NCBI GenBank assembly: GCA_051047955.1
Contig: JBPGPT010000034.1
Span: 1 to 64,000, forward strand
Source of the DNA: Cystobasidiomycetes sp. EMM_F5
Taxonomy: Eukaryota
Direction of reading: 5' to 3'
Length of the DNA stretch: 64,000 nt
Position numbers and translations under genes: made by a program
Notes under the pieces: model-generated
What the model was told of the DNA's origin: nothing
The model's database searches: none
The model's input: the letters and a program-made list of their open reading frames with translations, nothing else
Shown here: positions 11,836 to 25,052 of the stretch, piece by piece
Position numbering within the stretch: the stretch's first letter is position 1
Layout: every line of letters starts with the position of its first letter

Positions 11836-13302
11836 TCAGAACCAAATCGATACTGAAAACGAAGGTTCGAGGCTTTTGATTGCGTGCCACCATTTCGGAG
11901 GCATGAAGAGCAGGTCGCCTTCGCTCAAAATAGCTTGCATAGCGTAAGGCAAGACGTGCTCAACGAAATCAGCCGCACGAGGATTGTGCTTTTCTAAAGT
12001 GGCTTCATTCGCCACCTGAAAGACATCCAGAGATGCCGTGTTGTCCAGAAAATGCTCCATTGCTGTGTTTACCGTGGCTATGACCTCCGGGCTGGCCTCA
12101 TCTAATTGCTGGGAATCTCCATCAGGAACGGCCATGAAGGGTGAACATGCCGGAGGCGCGATCCAAATGTGCTTGCTCCCAACGACCTGTGCATAGCAAT
12201 TGAAGTAAGGATCAGTGTGTGCGGGGCTATAGGTGCCTTCTGGCCCCATCCAAGCATTGCAGATGTAGCCGTCTTGAGTGTTTGGCGGTGTATACTCAGG
12301 AAAGTAGATTGGAGCACCGGGTGAGGCAAGCACATAATCCGGCAAGGCTATGTCGTTTCGCAATTGCGGAAGTTGCTGAAACAGATCATGTTGGGCCAGG
12401 TATAATTTCGACTTGTTCTCGTCGCGATGTTGTAAATCATGGTCTTGCCAGTGAATATCCCTGAGGAATTCGCCAAAGTCCATCAGCTTCTGGCTCCAGC
12501 CTTCTGAAGTATACGATGATCCGATTTCGACAGGAACGATTCGGCCACGTCCAGCTACGCCTAGAAGGTATTCCTCGCTCTGCCACCGCCTTGATACGTC
12601 TGCAAGTGCTGGCCAGTGTGATGCCCCGCCCGTCACGACGAATGGGGCGTGAGCAAAGTCCTCATACATCTGCGGTGCGTCAGACACTGCGTATCGCCGA
12701 ATCTCTTGTACATTAGGGATTAGCCTGTTTCTTGGATGGCGAGTTGCATCTAGTGTCTCCGACAACAATCTTGCCCTTTTGGTCGGTCGTCTACTTCCTG
12801 TATCGTTCGAAGGGATATCTGTAGACTTCAAGCGTTCCTGCACATGAGCCATCATGGCAAAGAAGACCCTGTCCCTTTCGCTTGCGAAAAATGCCGACAC
12901 GATGTTTGCCTTGTCGAGCACCTTGACCAGAGAGACGAGTTCTGTTGGTGTGACATTTATGTTGGACCGGAGTACAGCGACGCAGTGTAGCAGACTAGCG
13001 TCCATGTACAGCTGTCGCCAATAATCCGGTACCTCGGCGTAGGGATATGTTGCAATGGCTTCATCGGCTACTTCGACCAAGAGGAGACACCTTTTGGCGA
13101 GGGCATCGGCTTCCGCTGGCTTGAATGAAGCTGCGTTTGAGAGTGCCATGTAGATACTGCTCACGATACTCTCGGTAGGTGCCCCACAGCCGTACACCGC
13201 TACACAATGGCAGTCAGCGTCGGAACGAGCCAGCGGTACTCTGCGCCTACCGCTCCCGCAGTCGCTCAGCTTTTTAGCGCATTCTTCTAGCGTCAGCGAC
13301 AT
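11836..13302 (-). CDS. JmjC-domain 2-oxoglutarate/Fe(II) oxygenase, JMJD5/KDM8-like
   Basis: GRIVPVEIGSSY, YLAQHDLFQQLPQLRNDI, NAWMGPEGTYSPAHTDPYFN (HxD), QVVGSK, GDLLFMPPKWWH, SFSVSIWF. Confidence 0.9.
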   Translation of the reverse strand: MSLTLEECAKKLSDCGSGRRRVPLARSDADCHCVAVYGCGAPTESIVSSIYMALSNAASFKPAEADALAKRCLLLVEVADEAIATYPYAEVPDYWRQLYMDASLLHCVAVLRSNINVTPTELVSLVKVLDKANIVSAFFASERDRVFFAMMAHVQERLKSTDIPSNDTGSRRPTKRARLLSETLDATRHPRNRLIPNVQEIRRYAVSDAPQMYEDFAHAPFVVTGGASHWPALADVSRRWQSEEYLLGVAGRGRIVPVEIGSSYTSEGWSQKLMDFGEFLRDIHWQDHDLQHRDENKSKLYLAQHDLFQQLPQLRNDIALPDYVLASPGAPIYFPEYTPPNTQDGYICNAWMGPEGTYSPAHTDPYFNCYAQVVGSKHIWIAPPACSPFMAVPDGDSQQLDEASPEVIATVNTAMEHFLDNTASLDVFQVANEATLEKHNPRAADFVEHVLPYAMQAILSEGDLLFMPPKWWHAIKSLEPSFSVSIWF

Positions 13303-13510
13303 TCGTGAAGCATTGTATTGATGCCATTTGAAGTCAATTCAATTTTGCAAATTAAACAAGTCTCTCTAGCCCACCCGGGGGAAAGGTTCGATCATCTCAC
13401 TTACGCGACTAACATTGGACATTTTCAGACTTGGACGTCGACATTAACCACTTATATCCTGGACGGCGCTGTGGCTTGTTGACCAGGGTGCTGTCGCAGT
13501 AACAGCCATC

Positions 13511-15672
13511 ATGCAGGCCAATAGACCCAACGCTGCAAAGGGCCGGTCGCGGTCACCCGGTCGCGAGCCATTCGGAGCTGGCGGGCTCAGCAGCCAGCTG
13601 AACTCGCTGTCATTACGGACATCGCCTACGAAGCAGGGAACTGGTTCAACTGTGCGAGGTGCATCGCTGCACAAGAAGAGCAAATCTGCGACTGGCCAGC
13701 CAGTGTTTGATCGGTCCCGGTCTGGCTCGCCCGTCAAACAACAGACAAACAGCAGGCATGGTTCAGCAGTCCCGCTCAAGACTTCTCCGTCGAAAGCTGA
13801 TGCTCGGAGAGCGTATGGGCATGATGCCTTCGTCAGCACAAGCAAGACACCCAGCAAATCCATCATTGCCCGCGCCGGACTCAGCAAGAGTCTCGGTGCA
13901 GGAACCGTCTACAAAAAGGATTCGATTGTTGCCGCAGGAGGGCTGGGTCGAATGGACATTGCTACAAAGGACTGGGATGGATCAGTCAGTGCCGGAGTGA
14001 GCCCGAAGAAACGCTCGCTGAGTGCAAAGGTAAGATTCGAGCCGCCAAGTCATCGAGCATTAACACTGAATCGTCCGTTACATTCTAGAAATACGACCGC
14101 TTCATACCATCGCGAGAAAACTCTGGGTCTTCGGGGGCCACCATCATCAACGACGACATTCACCGCAAAGTACACGACTCATTTGATCAAGATGATTCCA
14201 AAGTTTCCGATTCAGCGCCAGATGACGGATTTGACGATTCTCCACCTCCGACTCCATATCGCGCGGAAACCTCAGATCAAGCTCATACAGCAGAACTTAG
14301 CAGTTCCTTGGGTATCGAACTCGGCAAACGGATATTGTCGTTTTCTGCAGAACCACCATGCGCATCCAATGAGCACTCGTCCCTCCTGGCGGCGTACGCT
14401 CGTGGTGATGGCGTTTCTGGAAAATCATCAAGCCACGCGACTGCTCAAGCCGCCAGTCAACGGAGACGGATTGCAACTACTGCCGAACGGGTACTGGACG
14501 CCCCTGGCTTGGTTGACGATTACTATCTAAATCTGCTCGACTGGTCTTCCACAAACCTAGTAGCAATTGCTCTGTCCGACAGCGTATACATCTGGAATGC
14601 CGAATCTGGCGACGTAGGGTGCCTGTGCTCCATCTCAAACGGAGACGAAACATCGGATGAAATAGTTTGTTCGGTTCGCTTCTCGGAGGATGGGTCGTAT
14701 CTTGCTGTGGGAACATCGTCAGGTCCGGTACAGATCTATGATCTCGCATCTTCATCGCGGGTGCGCAGTATGGCGGGACATGCTACCCGAGTCCCGACGT
14801 TATCGTGGAACGGAGCTGTCTTGAGCTCGGGCAGCAGAGATGGGTCTATCTGGAATCACGATGTGCGGATAGAACGGCACAAGATTGCAGAGATGCGCGG
14901 ACATCGCGCAGAGGTATGTGGTCTTGATTGGCGCCGAGATACTGGTATTGCAGCTGGGTCGGGCGGAGGAAGCGCTGGTGTCACGGGCCTCCTCGCTAGT
15001 GGCGGCAACGACAACGTGGTGAATGTCTGGGACGGTCGTATGCTTTCAGCACCAAAAATGGTCAAAACCAATCATTCTGCTGCTGTAAAGGTTGGCCGGC
15101 TTGTAAAAGCTAGTTTGTTTGCTGCTGACCAGCTTCCGGCAGGCCATTGCATGGTGTCCGTGGCAGCCCTCCCTCCTTGCGACAGGAGGAGGATCTTCGG
15201 ACAGGACCATACAGTAAGCTCCTCTCGTAAATGCCACTTCTTGACTGCACTCTGACCTAATTGGTGCAGCTTTTGGAATACCACCACTTCGGCAAGGCTA
15301 AACTCGCTCGTTACGCCATCTCAGGTCACCTCGCTTCGCTTCAACCCTCATGCCAGAGAGATACTATCTTCACATGGATTCCCCGACAACCAGCTCTCTG
15401 TGTGGTCCTTCCCGACACTAACGAAAATTGTCGACATCAACAGCGCTCATGAAACACGAGTTCTGCACACCTGCCTTTCGCCAGATGGTACGACTGTTGC
15501 GACAGCAAGCTCTGATGAGAATCTCAAATTCTGGAAGGTGTTTGATTTGCCAAAGAAGACCGTCTCTTCGTCTGGGTCAGCCTTCATCGGCAAAGGCAGT
15601 ACGATAGGAGGACCTGGAAAGCGTGACGACGATGTTGGATGGCGAGGCCGAACGGGTATAGCAATCCGCTAG
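13511..15672 (+). CDS. CDC20: APC/C activator WD40 protein Cdc20/Slp1
   Basis: C-box YDRFIPSR near 14092, KRILSF motif, [23 protein letters not shown] repeats, [10 protein letters not shown] and C-terminal IR tail. Confidence 0.93.
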
Positions 15673-15837
15673 TCATTTATGCGGACTTTCATTCTATCAC
15701 TTCAACACTTTGAGCTTGCTAGCAGCTCTCCTTGTTGGTAAGGCGTTGTTTACTTTCCGCCATGTATGGCTTTTCCTGTTGTCAACCATATGAAGCAAGG
15801 CGAACCATGAGCTTTCACCCCCTCCATGCGCTGAAGG

Positions 15838-18800
15838 ATGACGGGCAAACATGCGCCCGTAGCATCGCGTTTCTTTGCCAAACCCAGCCAGGCTTCGACG
15901 TCTCAGCTCAAGCAGCAGACGAGCGTCATCAGCCTGAGCGATGACAGCGACGACGGCGACGGCGAAGTACAAATAATCGGGCAGACCCAAGGTAGCAAGA
16001 CATTCAGCACCGTACCGTTAAAGCGCAGTGCAGACGCGATAAAGTCGACAGAGACCTCGGATGCTCCGAGCAAGCAAATCAAGGTCGCGCCGTTGTTTGA
16101 GCGGAAAAGGTCCACCGTCGAAGCGAAAGCAGAGGAGACGACAAACCTCTCCTTGCAAGCATTGCAGCAATGGAAGTTTTCGGCCCAGCCGTCCCAAAGT
16201 GCAGCTCGTCAAGACGCACCAACGTCGTCGCCACTGCCAGAATTACCGCGAAGAATACGTCCGAAGACTACGACCCACCAAGCGAGTATTGCAGGCAGAA
16301 CAATATCCAACGGGAGTGGTACGCGGAGCGGAGATGAGTTGGGTGACCGTCTACATGAAGGCGTCCCGGGACAACGTCCAGACGGCTTCGACGGAGCCGA
16401 TGATGTCGACATATCGGAGGAACAGGATGAGCATGCTGAAAACAGTGATGGAAATGACCAAGAAGGCACCACTTTCTCCAATAGAATCCAATCAAGGTCC
16501 GCCCAACAAAGCACGAGCGCAGCCATCTCACGACTTAGCAAGTTTGCCGCATCTGGATCAGACGATTCGGATGCTGCCCGAGGCAAGAAAACGCGCAAAG
16601 GCAAAGGCAGAGCGACAGCTGCTGTGCCGGATGATGAAGCCGTCTATACACCCCTTGAAAAGCAGTATATGGAGATTAAGCAGAAATACGTATGGCGACA
16701 TTGCCCATCCAGAAAATGTTGCACGATGTTGACCTTCTGACTATAGCCTGACACACTCCTGATTGTGGAGGTTGGATACAAATTCAAGTTCTTCGGCGAC
16801 GATGCTAAGGTCCGCAGTCCATCCAACATGCAACACTCTATATCCCGTGCTGAATAAAATCTGAAAAGATCGCATCCAGAGAACTCAACATTGGTACTTT
16901 TCACTTCTGAACATTGAGAGCAGAGCTCATCACCTTCTCGCTACAGCCTGTTTCCTGTCACAAAACTTTTATACCGCCATGATTCCCACTCATCGTCTAC
17001 AGATTCACATTAAACGCCTGATCACTGCCGGTCACAAGGTAGGTGTGGTCAGGCAGAAGGAAACAGCAGCACTCAAGAAAGCTGGCGACAATCGCTCCGC
17101 TCCCTTTACTAGGGAGTTGACCAAGTAAGTCGGTGGTTCAAGCCATGCACAGCATACAGCTTAACAGAAGCAGTCTCTACACTGCTGCAACCTTTGTTGA
17201 GGGATTAGACGATGACACCGTCAGTGGATCCGAGCCTACTTCTGGTACAATAATAGGACTATTTGAAGAAAAAAATGGAGGTAAAGCCAGCGACGAAAAG
17301 GTTGTCTTTGGACTAGTCGCCGCGCAAGTCAGTACCGGCGAGGTGATCTTCGATGGTAATCTAATGCACATATTCCTTATTAGTATATTGCATCCTGACT
17401 GATGTCGAGCAGAATTTGATGACGGCTTCCTGAGGGCTGAACTCGAGACCAGGCTGCTGCACCTCCAGCCCGGTGAGATCGTCTTGCTTGGCGATATATC
17501 TCCACCAACAAACAAAGTCATCTCATATTTGCTGAGTCAAGAGTGCGCGATTCCTGCACGTTGTATCTGACACGGGCTAACTGTCTTAACATCTCCAGTG
17601 CCGTTTCTACAGGTACCTCCAGAGGCAGAGTCATTGGCGACCGCAAGACCTATTCACTCACCGAAGCCACTACACAAATCGTTGGCTTTTTTTCGGAGAA
17701 TAAACCGACATCCATAGATTCACCGGCTAAGCGCAAGAGAAAGCCATCCCGATCTGACACAGCTCGACACGCGTCCGCAAATCATGCCCTCACTATTTCA
17801 GACAGTGAAGACGAGCCGCAGAACCCGCCCATATCAAATCGGGAAAGAGAAGACTGTCAAAGCGGTCAGACCGGTTGTCACGGCGAAAGGCTTTGACTAA
17901 CATACTTCTGGGCAGTGAAGGAAAATAGCTCACTTTCGGCTGTGTTAGCTTTGCCGGAAAGGGTTATGTGAGTATTCAGTCAGATATCGAGATGACTGCT
18001 GACGAAAACGTCTGACAGTCGGGCGCTAGCTGGCTTACTTGAGTATCTCGGCGACTTCAAGCTGGATGCAGCCTTGCAAAGACCTAAATTCTTCACGCCG
18101 TTCGCCGAACGAGGGCATATGCTGCTTAACGCCAGTACTATATCCAATTTGGAAATCTTTAGGAATCAGACAGACTTCAAAACGTCCGGAACGCTATTTT
18201 CAGTACTTGACCATACACAGACTGCGTTTGGGCGACGCTTGCTGCGCAAATGGGTAGCAAAGCCACTTCTACAGCGTCATGAGCTCCAAGAACGTATTGA
18301 TGCCGTCGATGAGGTCTTGAATTCGTGAGTTGCGACGAAGGTATTGTCAAGCCTCTGACATTTGTGCGTCAGGCATTCGTATCTACTTGGACGCTTGCGC
18401 GGTCTACTCAAGGGCCTACCTGATCTGGAACGCGGACTAGCTCGTATACACTATGGCAAAGCTACGCCACAGGAACTTATACGGGTTCTGATGGCATTTC
18501 AGCGCATAGGAGACGAGTTCCCTAATCTTCCTACGGCGCTCAAGGGATCGAGTATTGGTTTTCAGTCCGAGGCTATCAACTCAGCCTTTGAGGCCCTTCC
18601 AACGATCAAAACGATCGTCGATGAGTACCTGCAGTCCCTTAATGCACCCAAGGCTCGCGAAGGCGTGAAGGAGGATATGTACTCGCCAGACTTCGAGCCG
18701 GAAGGCATCACGGACTGCAAAGACATCCTTGTCACAGTCGAGGCTGAAGTATAGGCTTGTTAGTCCTTCAAGGTTGGCATTGACCTGACTCCCTTATTCC

Positions 18801-20672
18801 TCGTAGTTTGATACGCATCTTAAAGATTGTCGAAAGATCCTGAAGAAGCCACAAGCGCAATACATGAGTGTTGCGCAAGAGGAGTATCTGCTTGAAGTAG
18901 TACGACGCTTTTCAATATCCTTCTCCTCTATTACAAGCTGACGACTTGGAGAAGCGTGTATCGGATGCCAAATCAGTTCCCGCCAACTGGTCACGCATAA
19001 ATGGAACAAAATGCATGTTATCACCATCATCCATCCTTCTGAACAAGCTAATTTACTGTGACCCATAGCCGTGTACCGTTATCGGTCACCAGACATGCAA
19101 AGATTATTGGACGAGCGGGCACAAGCGCTAGAAAGGTTAGCGGCAGAGGCCGAAGCTGCGTTTCAGCTGTTCTTGAAGTCTATCACATCACAATACGAAG
19201 CCTTCCGAAAAGGTGACGTTCAACCACGACGACATAGGATGGCTTACTGATTCTTGTACAGTCATCGTCGCGCTTGCGACAATGGATTGTTGGTGGCAAC
19301 TCTACTGCTCGAGTGCCAGGCTGATGCTGATTCAGGTCTACTGTCACTTGCCTTCGTGGGACTGTACCCTGGATACACTAAACCCGTAGGCACAAGCGGA
19401 AATGCAGTACGCTTGATCGCAGGTAGCTCATGCTGCATCATAGATTCTGGCGGATCGAGCGTGTCTGACGATCAGAGGAGGTCGACATCCTATTGTGGAA
19501 CGTCGTACGTAGTACAATTATGGCTACAGCAATTGTCTGATGCTCCTTGACAGTTTCCGACAGGCCCTTCATCCCGAATGACGTCTGCCTAAGTGAGGAT
19601 GGCTTGCGCGCAATGGTCATCACTGGCTGCAATATGTCTGGGAAAAGCAGCTTCTCCAGGATGGTGGCGCTTCTCGTCATCATGGCTCAGATTGGGTGTC
19701 ATTTGCCATGCGATAGCGCAACTATTGGGATGGTTGACTATGTCGGTTGCCGATTTGGCGCATCTGATGAGATCACGCGCGGCCGTAGCGTAAGTATTTT
19801 GCGAGTATTGCAGGCCTTGGCTGACAGATTTAACAGACTTTCATGGTTGAATTGGCGGAGACTTGCGAGATCATCAAGGCAGCCACGAGTCGGTCGCTCA
19901 TTGTCCTCGACGAACTGGGTCGGGGAACTTCAACGCGAGACGGTCTAGCTATCGCGTACGCTGTGCTCAGATACATTGTCACGAGCCTCAAGTCGTCAGC
20001 ACTGTTCATCACTCATTATCCGCAGCTGCAGGACATCGCCGCCGTACGTCCACCCCTATTTTCAGCTCCGATCGCCTTGTCGGCGCAGCGACGCGAATTT
20101 TGTCTGACTGCAGTATCACTCATTCCTGCAGGAATATCCACGAGCATGTCAGCTGTTTCAGATGGCCTACATGGAAGAAGAAGTTACAGGACGCGCACCT
20201 GACATAACTTTCCTCTTTAAGCTGATGTAAGTGCTGAAGTCGTGTTTGACACCAAGAGGCCTATGATGTTTTATAAACATATCAAGCTCAACAATCCTAG
20301 CCAATTTTGGTTTTGAGGAGCATTTATATATTCTTCTTCTTCTTATTTCTTTGGCTGAGGCCCCTATCGTCATGCATGATTCGACGGCATACGAACGTAA
20401 TCTGACGATGTTCTATCGTTCTTAGACCCGGCTTAACGGACCGCGTGCATGGCATTAGTTGTGCTCGTATGGCCGGTATTCCCGAGAGCGTTTGCTCAGT
20501 GGCTGCCGACACAAGCAAGCAAATCGAAGATGCAGATATCCAAGCCCGGCAGGATCGCACGGTAACGAAGTTTCGACAATTATTGCCGAACCTTGCCGGC
20601 GCATGCAACATGTCACCTGCCCGGTCTGTCGCAATCGCTAGGAATCTTTGCAATGAAATGCTGCATTCATAG
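15838..20672 (+). CDS. MSH3: DNA mismatch repair protein MutS homolog 3, many short introns
   Basis: [24 protein letters not shown] (K in place of the MSH6/MutS F is MSH3-type), [29 protein letters not shown], Walker [25 protein letters not shown] and LFITHY. Confidence 0.93.
20258..20362 (+). ncRNA. Intronic box C/D snoRNA with 25S rRNA antisense element
   Basis: In MSH3 intron 20227-20425: terminal stem GGCC/GGCC, box C ATGATGT (20263), box D CTGA (20355), C' TTGAGGA (20313), and TCAAGCTCAACA (20282-20293), complementary to the conserved LSU rRNA sequence UGUUGAGCUUGA. Confidence 0.8.
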
Positions 20673-20792
20673 TTGATCCTTATACTACATCGTGCCGTGC
20701 AATTATTACAAAATGTGTGCCGTCGGAGCGGCTTCGGAAATCTCGCAACGTGGTTGCGATCAACGAAGGCGGAGGCGAGTTTGCAGGCTCAA

Positions 20793-23700
20793 TTAAGGAG
20801 CTTTACGTTTGCGTTCGCGCTTGCCCGATGTTTTGAGGCTTAAAAGTGCAGGTTCTGATCCACCTTTTGTTGAGGCTACTTCGCCATCCGCCGCGGCAGC
20901 GGCATCAGAGGCTGTCACGACAGATGCGTTGGCATCGACTCCCTTCCTACTCTTCTTGGACTGCCTCTCGGCCTTGATAGACACGCCGTTTACGCCATTT
21001 GGCGATTTACGTTTGTGGACCAAATCAGTGAATTTGCGGATCAATGGCACAACGGATTTTGCTGCCGCTATATGCGCAGCGTTGCGCAGATCATGCAGGA
21101 CGGAGTTGAGTTCTTCTGCGCGCCAAACTTCCGAGACCTCCTTGTGGGTGTTGCTAGATCTGCAACAGATTTCCGTCTTGCGGACCGCTTGCGTCGCTGT
21201 GTCGAGTATCGACCTGATGCTCCCTATGTTTTTCAAGTATTGCGCTGACTTCGCAATAGCAGCAAATGTTTCGATATACACTTGTACGACGCGCGGCATG
21301 ATCGACATGACCTCCGCACGGGCTTGTTCAATTTTCTGAATGAAGGAATTTTAAGTTGCACCGTCATCACCGCAGAGGCATCACATACAAGGCTTCCTTT
21401 GCTGGAAAGAAGATCTGCAAACAAGGTAAAGGCTTGCGCCCGCGAATAACTGTCAGCCTTCGGGTCAACCGCTACGCTCAACCATTGATCTGCCAGCCGC
21501 CAAGACAAGCGACTGAAGCGACTGTGGTAGGCCTGGAAGAACTTCTTATGCAGCTGAGATTTTTTGCGGTACGCAAAGTCTGTCAATGACTGCTCCCAGA
21601 TATGGCTGACTGCATCAGCGTTTCGGTCCCCACTTTCGCTGAGCGCGATGCGGGTGAGGTATACTGCTGTGTCTGTTGCCAAGTTTGCTAGGTCTGGATC
21701 TTGCAGCCGTCGAGCTCCTATGTGGACCGCTGTCAGTATGGGCAAGGCGTCCTCTGCATGATCGACTGTGGGATACGCTTTCGGCTTGTTGACAATGTTC
21801 CGGAGGATCCGTGCTGCTTTTCCTGAGATCTCGGCATCCGCCTTCGCGGGAAGTCGGGCTGTATTGAACAAAGTGAGAACAGCAGGAAGTAATAATGGCG
21901 AAGCTGGCTGTTGCTTGGCGTAGATTTCCAATAGATCCAGCGTCTTCAAGCGGGCGTTCAGACTATTCTCTTGCTCCGCGCGCTGATCCTTACTGGCGTT
22001 TGTCCTGCTTCTGAAAATTTCCGCGAGTTGCTCGTCGAGCTGCAGCATCTGCTCATCGTCCATGAGCTCTTCCTCGTCGTCCTCCTTGCTCTCGTTATCA
22101 TCATTGCCTTCATCCTCCTCGCCGACGCCGGCTCCTTTAAGAGCGGCTGCCACCTTGTCGCGCAGTTCCGGATCGACAAGTTCCAAGTCCATGCCATCTA
22201 TGTCGTCCTCGTCGAACTCGTCTACGGAATTGTCCTCGTCGTCTTCGTCCTCATTGCTACTGTCTGCATTGCTCGTGCCCTCTGCTTCAATAACCTCACT
22301 CGCATCCTCAGCATCGTCTCCGTCAGCCGGAAGCTGCTCAGAGTCTGGTTGTATTTGCTGGGTGGACAGCCTATCAGCTGGCATTCCGAACAAAGCGACT
22401 GGATGGCAATCTTACATCAAGAAGTAGAGTCATTGCTTGCTCTTTGATGTCGCCTGTGAAAACCGCAAAGACACGTTCGCATGTTGTACGCAGTAGTGCA
22501 GACGGCGTTTGCAGGAGCTGGACCAAGAGATCCACGAGAACGGAAATAGACTCGGCTTCTTCACCTTCTTCGTCAGACTCGTCGGCTGCGGGCTTTTTGA
22601 TTTGTGCAGGTGGTGTATCAAAGATCAATCGTTCAGCTGCATCGCATAGCTCCTGCAGTCACTCTACTTCAGTAAAGGCGGCGATGTTACTGGAAGCAGT
22701 AATCCTACCTCGAGATTGTCGCCGGCTTTCTCTTCAGGGTCGCGAGCAAGTAAGAGAACCACATCAAAGAGGAATAAGAGCGGCATAGCTTGTGAGTCGT
22801 TGGTCTGCACAATGCTGAATTCAGCGCAAAGACCACGAAGGGTGACAAATGTAGAATACCTTTTCTTTGAGTCGTAGGACCAAGTCCTCTGCACGCGTCC
22901 CATGCTCTTGTAGCGCATCAGATACTTCGAGCAATGGTTGCACATGCTTGTCGTCCCTTCCAAGCGCTCTTAACGTCTCCAAGATTTTGCTCGACCAGTA
23001 CTGACCACTGCATTTGGCCGATACCGAAACGAGATGCGAAAGAGTCGAAAACAGACGGCTGCGGAACACAGATTGTGTAGACGTCGAAAATGGAACAGAA
23101 GGAAGGTCCTTCAGTGCAGCATTATTTGATTTTTTGCTTGTTTTACGGACTAAGAAGAAGCCATGGGTTGCCATAAAATTGAGGATGCGCAATAGCCAGG
23201 AGGGATGTCTTTCGGATGGAGCTGCATCCATTTGGACACCCGATTGTACTACGGACTGAAAGTGCCTACGAGCGAGAAGCAGCATCTGGTCGATGGCCCA
23301 CGCTCTTCTCCCATCTACTGCTTTCGTGTCGACAGCCATGCTTTCCGAGTTCTCATGATCACCGTTAACACCGTCAGCTCCATCAATATCATCTGTGTCT
23401 TGAGCGGATTGATGCAAGATGAATTGCTCAAGCCAGGTAATGTACTGCTGTACGCCAGCATCGTCCAGCACTGCGACAATGCCCTCCACGGTCTTGGTCC
23501 TTGTAGCTGCATCGAATCTGATACTGCCAGCTGGACCTGCCACTATCCTCAGCAAGACATCGTACCCAGATGCGGGGCAGCGTGCGATGGCAGTCGGTAG
23601 CGTGGCAGAGACTTGTCTCGAGAGATTGTGAAGAGCACGATCGGGCTTTACGAGGTGATTTGTGAGTGTGCGAAGAAGATTTGGCGTAATTATTGCGGGT

Positions 23701-25052
23701 AGCTCTTGGCTGCCAGCACGGCATAGAAGCGCTTGGACGGCGAGCAATCCGGTATACTTTGAGGCAGTTGATGCAGTAGGACCGAGCAAAGACTCTGCAT
23801 CATGGAAGAAGGACGACTTAATCTTGAGCGATCAGACTTGTAATACCGACACGCCCACTCACCATCGACTATAATCTTGAAGAAAGTTTCAAAAGACACA
23901 TTGTCTGATGTACTCAAACTTTCTACATCTATCTTTGCCTTTTTCCGCTGGGGTGGTTGCGAATCGACATCCTCAGCCGCGCTTGCTGGAAAGTAGGCAT
24001 CGATAATCTCTGACCAGACGTAGTGCAGTTGGCCATTTCCAAAGAAAGCAGAACTAGCGTCGTTGGCTTTATTTCCGGCGTTTGCTGGTATCGAAGGCAA
24101 GCCGCGGAGTATTCGAGCTATTCCTGGGAGATTCTTGCTCGATAGGATAGTCTCCGAATTGGGTAGCGCCGGTTTCAAAGTAGCACACGGTGTCCAGTCG
24201 ATATGTGCTTGGTGTGACGAGCGAGCCTTGAGCATAATGGCCATTGCTAGCCTTTCGGACGTCCACTCGGGGGCAGCCTTCTTGGACGGTCCAGCGTCTG
24301 CGGAAGGAAGCGGGGCAAAGACATTGTTGACGATGATCTGAAGACCATGATCTCTCGAGGTGATGTCGTTGGCGGATTTTGCTAGCAGAGAGAAGGCTGC
24401 TTCACGGACCACCCATCCGGCGCTCTCGTGCAACCATGGTTTTCGGTCTCCGAGAACGAGCGTCTCTTCGATGACCGTCTGCCAGTTTCTTACATCTGGA
24501 GGAGACGCAGACACGCTGCGGAGTAGGATGCCAGAAGCGACGAGGGCGTGCAGGCCAAACAGGCGAGCAAACAGCAAATCCCGCTCCTCTGCGCCTCTGT
24601 GGGTCGCGGGATGTACTTCGGTAGTGGAGAGGATTTGCGATATGGTAGGCGCGGCGGGAATGTCTGGAATGCGAGCGAGGATCTGGCAGGAGCATACAAG
24701 CCATTAGCCATGTACAAAGGTATATATTGCCATCGACTGCGAAAAAACTTGCTTCGGTCAGAGCTACTGCGAAACCGAGCCTGGACGACTCCCTCGGGCT
24801 TGCGAGACCTCTGATGAGACGCTTGAGGGCGTACACGACGTCGCTCGCGAGGCCATGCTCGCCGGGGGATGTGACGATATTTGCATCAATATTTGCAGAA
24901 ACTGACGACGGCAGACTGGGGACTGCGGAGAGGGCGAGGTGCTCCGACTGGGCAGCCTGGAGGTGAGCTACGAGAGCGGCACCGCCGTGGATTCTGACAT
25001 TGGCTGAGGGGTTCCAGAGCTGGCTGAAGATGGGCAGCAGCTGGGACGACAT
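20793..25052 (-). CDS. POL5: rDNA transcription / 60S biogenesis factor Pol5 (MYBBP1A family)
   Basis: YALKRLIRGLASPRESSRLGFAVALTE, LFARLFGL, IRFDAATRTKTVE, acidic stretch and MDDEQMLQLDEQLAEIF. Confidence 0.92.

Noticed and set aside
21971..22447. Numerous antisense and alternate-frame ORFs in the track (this one is an example)
   Set aside because: Shadows of real genes caused by codon bias and low-complexity coding.
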